A stretch of DNA of 63,311 nt, filler included, from Licmophora abbreviata (lineage: Eukaryota), in assembly GCA_900291995.1 (NCBI GenBank). It is 25 parts of 25 records of this genome, joined end to end, with 100 filler letters (N's around TTAATTAATTAA, not from the genome) between each part and the next. Parts side by side here need not be neighbours in the genome. Positions count along the whole stretch, not along the records: positions 22,104 to 24,015 come from OLMU01005922.1; positions 24,116 to 26,195 come from OLMU01005924.1; positions 26,296 to 28,276 come from OLMU01005925.1; positions 28,377 to 29,433 come from OLMU01005928.1; positions 29,534 to 31,133 come from OLMU01005929.1; positions 31,234 to 32,677 come from OLMU01005930.1; positions 32,778 to 33,797 come from OLMU01005931.1; positions 33,898 to 35,401 come from OLMU01005932.1; 17 more parts are not named here. The stretch is one strand, 5' to 3'. The position numbers and the translations under genes were made by a program. The first letter of the stretch is position 1. Each line of letters begins with the position of its first letter. A model generated the notes under the pieces. It was given only the letters and a program-made list of their open reading frames with translations, had not been told where the DNA came from and ran no database searches. Below are positions 24,013 through 35,501 of the stretch, one piece after another.

Positions 24013-24115
24013 AATNNNNNNNNNNNNNNNNNNNNNNNNNNNNNNNNNNNNNNNNNNNNTTAATTAATTAANNNNNNNNNNNNNNNNNNNNNNNNNNNNN
24101 NNNNNNNNNNNNNNN

Positions 24116-26443
24116 GTTTCGGACGCACCAACGAAAATTTTCTCTCCCGATCGACTCAATAGAGAAAAAGATTCCTTTTGATGCTCCGGTTACCGTTCTA
24201 CGTGGGGGTACTGGAAGTGGAAAAACAACAAGGTATCCGCTCATGCTGAGCTTGCTCAGCCCAGAAGGCGACGCCACAAAAGTCATGGTTGCCCAGCCCC
24301 GTCGCTTGGCATGCCAGTCAGCAGCACGCCGGGTAGCGTATGAGCAAGGCTATGAGATAAGAGCCTCTGGAAACGGTCCCATTGGGTATGCGATACGCTT
24401 TGAATCGTTCCCAGCCGTGGGAACTAGAACCGTAGACTTTGCCACACCCGGTGTTCTCCTACGCCGCGCCATGGAAGACCCTTTGTTCCAGGACATCACA
24501 CATCTGGTGATTGATGAGGTTCACGAACGCAACTCTGATATAGATTTACTATTGGCTTTGGCAAAGCAAGCGGTGAGGCAACGTGGCAAGCACGAGACGC
24601 TGCCGCCTTTGAAATTGGTACTTATGAGTGCAACATTGGACTCTAGTCAATGGGAATCATACTTCGCAAGCGAACGCGTATCGATTGTTGATGTCCCTAA
24701 TATCCGACGCTTCCCAATCGATATTGTCCATTTAAATGAAAGCTCATTTCCTAAAATCCGAGGTTTGAATTCTTTGGTACGGAAGGATGCCAGCTTGGCA
24801 TTGGATTTTGATGAAGACGTTTGCAAAGTCGTGGCTCGATTAGCGCTGCATCAGGCAAAGAAGTGCCAGAAGGAAGGTGGCTCGATATTGTGTTTCCTTC
24901 CCGGAATGGGTGAGATCCGTCAGGTCGATCGATTAATCAACTCCGAGCCATCACATGGAAAACCATCGTTTGAGGTAGCATATCTCCATTCGTCTTTGAG
25001 CTCGCAAACACAGAACAGAATATTTCAGCCCGGAAACAAAATCATATTGTCGACCAATTTAGCGGAAACCAGTGTAACGATACCTGACGTTAAGGTTGTC
25101 ATTGATTCGGGACGCGAGCGACAGCATTCCATGCTTGACACCTCATCTACGGATACGACTGTCGTTGGCTCACAGCTGGTGACGGTGAATATCTCGCAAG
25201 CATCAGCGAAACAACGAGCGGGAAGAGCAGGTCGCGTTTCTGCTGGAACCTGCTTTCGACTATACACACAGCAACAATATGAGGGTGATTTCAATCCCCA
25301 TACTCTACCCGAGATGCTCCGGATGGATATTTCTCAGCTTGTTCTCCATTCTCTATCGATCTATCATCCCATGTCAGGCCATCCTCTTCAGCTTATTAGA
25401 GATGCTCCAGACCCACCTTCGGAGAGAAACCTACGTCACACTCTTCGGTCATTGACATTGCAGGGCCTTGTCGCGTATGATTTTAATTCAGACTCGGTCG
25501 GTCTAACACCGCTTGGCCGAGCTGTCAGCGCAGTCCCAGCGTCACCACGACTCGGAAGGATGCTGTTTGTCGGTCTCTCACTGCGAGCACTGGATCCAGC
25601 AATACAAATCGCTGCTCTTCTGTCGGTGCCTAAAGTCTTTTCTGGTAACTTGGATTCCGGTCGCTCTCAACGTCCATACTCTAGCGATATGATGCTGGCC
25701 CTCGAGTGTTACAGGCAGTATGCTCAGCTGGACGGATCACAGCGGAAAAGAGAACGAATGCATCAAGTCTTTCAACAGGTCCAGCGGGTGGAACGGCAGC
25801 TGGCGAGTCACATGAAAACGCTCGTTTCAGACAAAAGCCCGGGTACGAATGTATCTCTCGATGATTGGAACGCGAATTCTACTCGCGTGGGCGCCCTCGT
25901 CGCATTGATCTGCTGCGCTACGCCGCACATTGCGCACTTGGTGAGCGGGCACTCGGGCTTTGCCACGCGTGACGTCGCCGGGGAGGCTAAGATACACCCG
26001 TCGTCTGTTAATTTCGGGAAAGAGGAACGTGTTCACTGGTACGTTTACAACGAGTTGAGAGCAACGCGGCAGCCATACTTGCACGTGACGACAGCAGTGT
26101 CTCCTTTGGACTTGGCCTTGTTTACGGAGGCAAATGATACTCCCGTGGTCGATGACTCTGACAGTGAGGACAAAGACGATGGAACAATCTTGGAGNNNNN
26201 NNNNNNNNNNNNNNNNNNNNNNNNNNNNNNNNNNNNNNNTTAATTAATTAANNNNNNNNNNNNNNNNNNNNNNNNNNNNNNNNNNNNNNNNNNNNGGCCC
26301 TCTTGAAGCTACGACGACTGTTGATGAATGACTTTCTCCAACAGATCGCACAGAATCCGTCGGCTTTCCTATCCAATCCAACCTACCAGCGCATTGTACT
26401 CTTTGCGATGTCGGCGCTTGAACAACAGAGACTGCAGAAATAG
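24116..26443 (+). CDS. DEAH/RHA-family ATP-dependent RNA helicase (5' truncated, spans a gap)
   Basis: GGTGSGKTT, QPRRLA, TPGVLLR, DEVHER, MSAT, LCFLPG, STNLAETSVTIPDV and QRAGRAGR; HA2-like LTPLG region; the frame ends at TAG 26441-26443 after the gap. Confidence 0.92.
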
Positions 26444-26771
26444 CTACCCTTGGTAGCTCGCGACTGCCACCTATTTTCTCTTTCTTTTCTGCGTCCTGCC
26501 GTCTCTAGGTGAGCTGCGGCATAGAACCATAGCTAGAGTTCAAGCCATAACACAGAGTCGGCTAATATATCTGTAGCGCGCTGCGCTTATACCTGGGTAC
26601 TCGGATCTTCTAAAAGAGTGCCCAACCGGACTAGTCAGTCGGTCGAGTCGAGCCGGGATGTTACAAACGATGATCGCGGCGTCGATCGTCACATCACATT
26701 GCGATCACCGCAGAACCCAGAACACGCATCAGCTGCGCTGGATCTAATCATCAATCCTTTTCAGGCTATCC

Positions 26772-28276
26772 ATGCACCATAGACTACCCCTGTCCTGGCT
26801 GTGGACGTGCATGACAGTAGCTCCGCTCCTTTTTTGGACCCGAGGAGTAGCACGAGCTCAAGCGTGGTCCCCGCTCACTTCATCGTCCCCTGTTGCCGGA
26901 GCACGCCGAGGTGCTGCTGCTGCTTTGGAAGCATCATCGCTGAATCGATTCTATTCATCCTCATCGACTAAGCTCTCACTGTCGTATCCTGTAAACGGCG
27001 AAGGAAGAGAGTCGTCCGAAACACAATCCTCTGACGCCGCTGTCCCTGCAACGGGGTGGAATCACAATCAGCCCGGCAAGGCCTCTTCGTTTTGGAAAGC
27101 GAGTGACGTATCAGAGTCGAGTAGTAGAAGCCCAGACTCTTCTACGTCTGCACCTGACGAGCTCCGAACAGGCTGGCTGCACAATTCGGCGTCCAAGAAG
27201 GAACGAGAGCAAGAAAAGCAGCAGAAGGAGCGGCTAGACCCCAACAAGGTCTCGAAAGCCCAGCGAATGTTGCAGGTAGCCAAAATTAAGCAGGCTCGCA
27301 ATCACCGCATCGTTTCCCCTCCCGCCTTTCATGCATGCAATAATGGACGACAGGTCATTGTGACGGAGCACATGATCTCCGTGCCATTGAAATGGGGAGA
27401 AGAGAAGGGTGATTTGGACGTCATCAGCACCAGTGCTCCTCGGTTGGATGTGTATTTTAGCGTTGTGGAACAGGTCGATCAAACGAAACAGGACGAATGG
27501 TCGTTTTACAACTCATTGACTGCTCTTACTCCCGCAAAGAGAGCCGAAGCCTATGTACAGCACGCCGACATGATGAATGCGCGCGATATGCTGGTCTATC
27601 TGCAGGGTGGGCCTGGATTCGGAGCGCCAACTCCGGTAGTGTCATTGGGCTTGACCGCTGACGGGAGTTGGGCTGGGAAGGCATTGTCTTACTACAAACG
27701 ACTCGTATTAATGGATCAGCGAGGCACGGGACATTCAACACCCATTACCAAACAGACGCTCGAAAGGAGCTTTCCAGACTTGTTCTTGCTCGACGAGGCC
27801 ACGGAAGATGTTTGCATTTCGTTGGAAGATTCGGAAAGAAAATATCCCGACGACACACCTAAAGTTCGCCAAGCCCTCACAAAGGTGACCAACTACATGA
27901 CCCAGTTTCGTGCTGACAGCATCGTGCGGGATGCGGAAGCCATCAAGGAGGCGCTGCTGCTTCCGTTGGAAGAGGAGGTGGGTGCGAGTGCTTTTAGAGG
28001 GTGCATTTGTCTTGCTTTTTGATGACTGTACATTCATTTTGGCCTCTTTGACTTCACACTTTTTCATCTTCAGGTTCCTCGGCCCTGGGGAGCAGCGCTC
28101 GGACAGTCTTTTGGTGGATTCTGCATGATGACATACCTCTCGCAGGTAGAGTATCCGCCGCAAATTTGTCTCTTGACGGGTGGCGTGGCTCCAATGCTGA
28201 CACCGGCGTACGACGCCTACATGTCTCTCTGGGGACGCGTGAAGGAGCGCAGCTTACAATACTATGACATGTATCC
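26772..28276 (+). CDS. Proline iminopeptidase (S33, alpha/beta hydrolase) with long N-terminal extension; 3' truncated
   Basis: YLQGGPGF, LMDQRGTG.STP, FRADSIVRDAE; nucleophile motif LGQSFGGFC after intron 27978-28073. Confidence 0.88.
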
Positions 28277-28581
28277 NNNNNNNNNNNNNNNNNNNNNNNN
28301 NNNNNNNNNNNNNNNNNNNNTTAATTAATTAANNNNNNNNNNNNNNNNNNNNNNNNNNNNNNNNNNNNNNNNNNNNCAGCCTCATAGAGTCATCGAGTCA
28401 GTCAAGCTCGCCGCGTTTTCGCACCGTGACAGACTCCGTGTCATGCGCGCGCTTGCAAGCATCATCGCCGCGCTTGCACAGCGGCGACTTTCACACCTTT
28501 TCTTGCCGATGGCATGTTGATGAGACGCCTGTGGCCATCGTATCTGACTTCGACGCCAGTGCACGGGGAGAAAATGGGGCT

Positions 28582-30553
28582 ATGAAGCGACCGCTCAGAG
28601 TAGAAGAGCAGGAACCATATAAATTTGATGACTCTCGTACTGAACGTCACCCAAATGAATATATCTCCATCGTCCGGCGACGGTTTGCTCGCAATCAGCA
28701 GCAGAGGCGAGGACCTCTGGTCATTCGGAAAAGACCATCTTTGTTGATTCTGCTTCTGTCGATAGTTTGCTTGTATGGCTTTCATCCGGGACTCTTTTGT
28801 TTGGCCTTGCAGAGAGAACCTTCAAGCGTGGCATCGAAGGGGCCCGCGAAGGTCGCTCTGGACTCACGAAAGAGATTTTGGAATGACAATGAGTCTTTTC
28901 CGGAAGCGCGTCTTTCCTTTCGATCCATTCGAAGACCGTCGCGATGGCTTCGCAGCGCAAACCAGAGAAGCTGGGACCTGATTGAATCGGTACGTGTTCG
29001 TGGAGGCTCTAACACAGCTCGAACGCCATCTCTCGGCTTGGCTGCCTCGAACTCCACGTTGTCGGCTCTACCACCTCTAAATGGACTGGACCGGCTTCTC
29101 GGAAAGCTCCTGGAGGCGTTTGGCTTCTTTGTGGTAGGGCGGAGCCTACTGACGAGTCTGGGTAACAGCACCGACATGCTCCTCGATGAGGTGTGTTACA
29201 GCCTGTCTACGTGGAACGTTTCCTAACGTCTCACAACCTTTCACCGTTTATCTCAAACGCCTCGCTCTGTATATAGATCGCAACTCGCTTCATGAGTGAA
29301 GAAAGTGTACGCGCCCTCAAGATGGTTCGTCGGATCATTACCCGGCTTGGCGATCATGGGGTATTGATGTGTTCCGAGAGTACCCGTCCAAGGACGTGAT
29401 TGTGGCCGCCAAGGCACTATCTCGGCTCCAGCGNNNNNNNNNNNNNNNNNNNNNNNNNNNNNNNNNNNNNNNNNNNNTTAATTAATTAANNNNNNNNNNN
29501 NNNNNNNNNNNNNNNNNNNNNNNNNNNNNNNNNACGAAGAAAGTAGATGATACGGAGCTTCTGGAGAAGCTGGCTTACTACTCGGTCTTTGCAAAGGCTG
29601 CTTACGGATGGCAGATGGACTTGGCGCTACGGGGGAGGCTACACTTGGGGGATCTCAAGGCGCTTTTGAAACAGACGGGTGTCAAGGAAGATGATGTTGT
29701 TGAAACGTGTTGGAAAGGTCGAACGCATCGACCAGCTTATTTTCTAGTGAGGGACGAGAAGTACCGGAAGCTTGTGTTAAGCATTCGAGGAACATGGTCA
29801 GCACGAGATCTCTTGACGGACTTGTGCTGCACGGGAGTCGACTTTGGGACAGCCACGGGCATCCACAATGCTCACCAGGGGATGTTGGAGGCTGCTCGTG
29901 GGGTTGCTCAAATGACAGAAAGAACTATCGAAGCAGAACTTTTGGCACATCCAGACTACTCGTTGGTTGTGGTAGGGCACAGCCTCGGTGGAGCATGTGC
30001 AGCAGTTTTGGGGACTTTGTGGGAGCATCACTTTCCTGGAGTTTCCGTCTATGCTTACGGGTGTCCTTGTGTAGGCCCTATGGGAAAGAAGCCAACCATG
30101 AACGATTCTATTGTGTCAATTGTCGGGGAAGGTGATCCGTTCTCCAGCCTTAGTCTCGGACATATAGCGGACACTTCCTTCGCGATTGGAGCTCTTTGCG
30201 AAGACGACGGGCTGCGTTCCTCGACACTTGTCCGCACGGATGGCCCCGTTGAAGATATGCCTTTGGACGATCTCGCGTGGTGCTACGATACGATGCAGGG
30301 CCTAAGGAAAGACGTGAATGGAGTCAAGATGTATCCGCCGGGGCGAATCTTTTACATTTCCAAATCAAATATCAAGAACCCCGACGACAGCGACGGCTTG
30401 GATCTACGCGAAGTACCGCAAGAGTTCTTTCAAGATTTGAAGCTTCACTCTCGAATGCTCGACGTGTCGAGGCACGTTCCCACTTTGTACGAGTCGTATT
30501 TGCAACGTCTATTGTCAAACATGTCATCGGAAAGAGCTTCCGAGACGAAGTAG
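28582..30553 (+). CDS. Class 3 lipase (DAG-lipase-like); intron near 29191-29276, spans a gap
   Basis: PAYFLVRD..LVLSIRGT.S..D.LTD, AHQGML, VVGHSLGG, YAYGCP, MYPPG and a late catalytic His. Linkage of the N-terminal contig is inferred. Confidence 0.82.
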
Positions 30554-30714
30554 CATGAAGGGACGGCGGCTTTCATACCATGATGCGACTGCAAGGGAAT
30601 GACAAAACATTTTTCGGCAACCCATGGCTCTATTGTAACATGTAGATGTAATTTTCTTGACTTTGCCTTTTCGACTCAACTCATAGTAGCAGGAAGGTCA
30701 AACTGCCTGTGCAG

Positions 30715-31816
30715 CTAGGCCGTCTCCAAAGGCGTCATGTGCCCTTTCCGCTCGAGATACGCAGCAAATGATTCGGCTGGATGACCACAGACCTTTTCAA
30801 TGTCATCGGACACCAGAGCAGAGTCTTCCTCGGCTCCAGCTGCCTTGATCTTCTCAAAGGCCACCAAGTCGCGAATCATCCACTTGGGGTCCCCGCCCAT
30901 CTTTTCGCCGTCCTCGAAGGTATGAAGAGGTTGGTCCACGTACATAATGGGCTTTTGCAAGTATTTGGACAGAAGCCCCGCGACAGTATCGTCGGTAAAT
31001 GGGCCTCTCGGCCCGTCAAGGTATACTCCTTGTAGAGGTGATCCTTGGGTGCCATCAGCGTGACAACAGCAACCTCTGCAATGTCGTTGGGGCTCACGTA
31101 GTTGACTCCCTTGTCTTTGGATGAGCCATAGTANNNNNNNNNNNNNNNNNNNNNNNNNNNNNNNNNNNNNNNNNNNNTTAATTAATTAANNNNNNNNNNN
31201 NNNNNNNNNNNNNNNNNNNNNNNNNNNNNNNNNCCGGCGTTGTATCCCTACGAAGATTTCTGCCCTGATAGACAAGAGGGTTGGACATGAGGTGTGTTGC
31301 ACCCAGAATGGTATAGGCCGTACCGTAACTGGCGAGGAAGCGGTCACACTTGGAATGCGCCGCCACCAGCGGGACATCCCGAAAGACGTTACCCTCCTTG
31401 ACACGAGCGTGGTAGAAGGACATCTTGACAAAATGCTTGACGTTCGCTTTGTCGCATGTTGCGAGAAAGGCAGGGAACTTCTCTTCCCAATTGTTCTCAT
31501 ACGGAGGGGTACAAAGAACGGACTTGACACCAGCGAGTGCCTGACTGTACGTATCTTCTCGATCCCAGTTAAAGTCTGCAATCTCGGCGCCCAATTTGTT
31601 GAGATCTTCCACCTTTTCAATATCATGGACGCCAAGACGGACATGAGGATATCCTGCTTCGAGAAGCCGAAGAGCGACGCGACGGCCAATCACACCAGTT
31701 CCTCCAGTGATAAAGACCAAACCAGGATCGGGATCGAGATTGGGGATCCCGAGCTGCTCTCCGACCTTCTCGAGTGCCACTCCTGCTTTCTTCATCATTC
31801 CCTTGATAGACTCCAT
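30715..31816 (-). CDS. NmrA-like atypical SDR NAD(P)-binding protein; spans a gap; apparent sequencing frameshift near 31000
   Basis: VFITGGTGVIG Rossmann motif, ALAGV, YVSPNDIAEVA and EYTLTG; the frame changes at GGCCCATTTACC. Confidence 0.82.
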
Positions 31817-32804
31817 TGTTACATGTGCGTTCTTGCCTCGTTGCTTCTTCTTTTCAGGCGCTGCTGGAAAGCTCGGTGATCACAAAAGATATGGCCTTCT
31901 CGTCTCGTGATGACACGGTGTTTTCGATTTTGTGAGATGATGCGAACCCTATGCATGCTGGCTGTCAGTTGTGTCATTACGTAGAAATCAGTATGGTTTG
32001 CACGTCAGGCTTTCTCAACAACGGTTTATGACGAAAAGCGTATTGGGCCTGTTGATATGGAATTAGGAATCTTGTATGCTTGACACGACTCTCTGTCGTG
32101 TATCTTTTGTACAGGGACAAAATCAACGTACCCTCGTACAAGTGGTACTGAGTTCTACAGGATTCTACGAAATCAGCGGCCAAAAGTGCTCCCAAACTCC
32201 CAGAGCTTGCGAAAGCGAGACACCGACGAGCGAAGTGTGGTATTGCAAAGCAGCTGCTGCTTTGCCGACATTGACGATACACATTGTGTAACAGAGAGCA
32301 AACGCTGCAAGGAGGATAACTTCCAGGAGCGCAAACGACGAGGTCAGATAGAACGAAGGGCCCAAAAACGAGTAACCTGAATCAGATTCAAGTTTCCGTT
32401 GCTCTGTACTGATTCCTACGTGACTTCTACACAGAATCAATCCTGTTGAGCGCAACTGACGATCCGATAAAGACCCGCCATCGCTCCTATTGAAGGGATC
32501 TAGATTCCGTGTGATTAAGAGCAAGCTGCCTTCCTCTATTGCGCCGTCACTCACAAGAAACGGCCTCGGAGCACTGAGAACCAGTCGGAACGAGAGAAGC
32601 GCGTGTTTGCTCCTCCCCGCACCCTCAAGGCTACCAACAAATCCAGCTTTCCTGCATATACCATACATCATCTTGTANNNNNNNNNNNNNNNNNNNNNNN
32701 NNNNNNNNNNNNNNNNNNNNNTTAATTAATTAANNNNNNNNNNNNNNNNNNNNNNNNNNNNNNNNNNNNNNNNNNNNTCTCACGTTCCTTGCCATGTGTT
32801 CAGT

Positions 32805-33797
32805 CGTGATCCTTATTCCAACTCGCGAGCTCGCCCTCCAGACCTCCGCCATTGTCAAGGAGATTGGAAAGCACATGGGCATCCAGTGCATGGTCACAAC
32901 AGGCGGGACATCGCTCAAGGATGATATCATGCGTCTATATAACGCTGTCCACATTATCGTCGCCACGCCCGGACGCATCCTCGATCTGGCATCCAAAAAG
33001 GTGGCCGACCTTGGCAAGTGCCGAACAATCATTATGGACGAGGCAGACAAACTGCTCTCACCAGAATTCCAGCCTGTCCTCGAGCAAATCATTAGCCTCT
33101 GTGACAAGGACCATCAGATCTGTCTCTTTAGTGCGACTTTCCCGGTGACCGTCAGGGGATTCTGTGGCAAGTTCGTTCCGAACGCGTACAGCATCAATCT
33201 CATGGACGAACTCACCCTTCGCGGTATCACGCAGTTTTATGCGTATGTGGAAGAGCGACAAAAGGTTCATTGCTTGAACACGCTTTTCTCCAAGCTTGAG
33301 ATCAATCAGAGTATCATCTTTTGTAATTCCGTGAATCGCGTCGAGTTGCTTGCCAAAAAGATTACCGAGTTGGGCTATTCGTGTTACTACATTCACGCCA
33401 AGATGCAGCAAGCGAACCGGAACCGTGTGTTCCACGAGTTCCGTAATGGAGCAACAAGGCACCTCGTTACATCAGGTGAGTGTGTGGGTCTCCTTAATGA
33501 CATGGATACGTGTGTGGTCGATAAGGAATCCCCTACTTACGCGTATCTACCGTTGTTTGATCGTCCCCGCAGACTTGTTCACTCGAGGTATCGACATTCA
33601 GTCCGTCAACGTTGTGATCTCATTTGACTTCCCGAAGAACGCCGAGACGTATCTCCATCGCATTGGTCGCTCGGGACGCTTCGGTCACTTGGGATTGGCG
33701 ATCAACTTGATTACGTACGACGACCGACACAACCTGCGAAAGATCGAGCAGGAGCTTGGCACCGAAATTCGGGCTATTCCTCCTCAGATCGATCGCA
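32805..33797 (+). CDS. DDX6: DEAD-box RNA helicase DDX6/Dhh1 (partial; both ends in gaps)
   Basis: [78 protein letters not shown]; intron 33476-33572. Confidence 0.96.
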
Positions 33798-34014
33798 NNN
33801 NNNNNNNNNNNNNNNNNNNNNNNNNNNNNNNNNNNNNNNNNTTAATTAATTAANNNNNNNNNNNNNNNNNNNNNNNNNNNNNNNNNNNNNNNNNNNNTTT
33901 TTCCGTTTCAACTGGTAACAAACATGCTTTACACAAGACACTGTCTACATTAAATGTTAGACCCGGTTGCTTCTGTGTGCGAATGTATTTGTAATTCGAC
34001 TCGTGTGGCCAAAC

Positions 34015-35274
34015 TCACCCGGGCGGCCATTGCATCTGACGCCCGCCTACGACGTGAACGTGGAGATGATAGATCTCTTGTCCGCCATCACTTCCATCGT
34101 TGACAACTATCCTCGCCCCGTCGCCAAAGCCAAGAGATTTATCGTTGGCGACTTCTCCAGCCGCCAACATCAGGCGACCCAGTATTTCAATGTGTTCAGG
34201 TGACGCCTTGCGCAGGTTGGTTAGTCCGCTGCGATCCTTGGGAATGATCAGAACATGTACTGGGGCAGCAGGCGCAATGGACTTGAAGGCAATCGTCGTA
34301 GAATCCTCATATACAATATCCGCTGGGACCTCGCGATTGATGATTTTGTCGAAGATTGTCTCCGCTTCCTCGTCTCGTACTCCTGCGAGCCAAATGGTAT
34401 CCCATCGGTCTTTACTTTCCCAGTTTCGCAGTCCCCCCATGATCTCCTCATGAACTTTCCGAAAGTCGCGATCCGATGAGATCATAGCGTTGTACCACGC
34501 TTTAATCTTGGGAGGCAGTGGTTCGACAACATCGAATTTTGGGAGCATGTAGTTGGCAAACACCATGCTCGGAAACAGTGTCGCATCGGCCAGTGAAACT
34601 TCGTTGCCACACAGATACATCCCATCGCCCACTATAAGGTCGTCAATTATTTGTAACTGCCTCTGATACTCTGCAATGGCACCCTTTCGAGTTCCATAAG
34701 CACCAAAGGGCGGGCTCGCCTTGTAGAGACACCCTTGGATGGTCGTCAAGTACATGTCGTGAGTACGAGCAATGAGATTGGATCTTGGGTTGTCGGGTTG
34801 GAAGGAGGGGGCTCTGTCAACGTACTCGGACATGAGATATCGGCAAATCGTATCACTTTCGGGCAGGTGCAGGTCCGTTTCCGTTACTGTCATGGCAGGC
34901 ATCTTTCCTTGCGGGTTGATCGAAATGTAGTCTGGTGATTTCAAGCCCCCAAGTTCGAAGGGCGAGACTATCTTGACCTCAGATTCATCAAGATTTTTCT
35001 ATTGTATAGGATTGACAATGTCAGAAAGGCCATTTAAAAATTACGTATTGAACCGATAATCATTCTAGACGAACTGATTCGTTGTCGCACGTACCTTGTA
35101 GACGATGATGCGGCATCGGGCACCGTTGTTCGAAACAGGAAGATCATACAGTTTGTGTCTTGTCACTGAATTTTCCACCGCTGACATGGACAGTGCTGAA
35201 AAAGCGGCCACCATGGCGGTTGAAAGAAGCAGTATAGCAAAAGAACGGAAGAGGTGTGTCCGCATGGGTGCCAT
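34015..35274 (-). CDS. Glutathione S-transferase - HIT (HINT-like) fusion protein with bipartite plastid-type presequence; 2 exons
   Basis: Intron 34999-35094 keeps frame. GST-N: SNNGARCRI, INPQGKMP, LPESDTICRYL. GST-C: YLCGNEVSLADA. HIT: TIFDKII..VPADIVYED, APVHVLIIPK, HLHVHVVGGRQMQWPPG. Confidence 0.88.
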
Positions 35275-35501
35275 GGTTGCTCGGCGTCATGACGAACTCT
35301 GGAATGGATCTTTGTAGTATGCTTTACTGATTATATAGAAGGTTATGGGCTACAAGAGTACAATGAGAGGAACCTACGGCCGACGACCGCCGGGAAAAAC
35401 GNNNNNNNNNNNNNNNNNNNNNNNNNNNNNNNNNNNNNNNNNNNNTTAATTAATTAANNNNNNNNNNNNNNNNNNNNNNNNNNNNNNNNNNNNNNNNNNN
35501 N

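Noticed and set aside
30715..31133. NmrA-like gene as a pseudogene because of a frameshift
   Set aside because: The shift sits in short homopolymers, as do other errors in this assembly, and the rest of the frame is intact.
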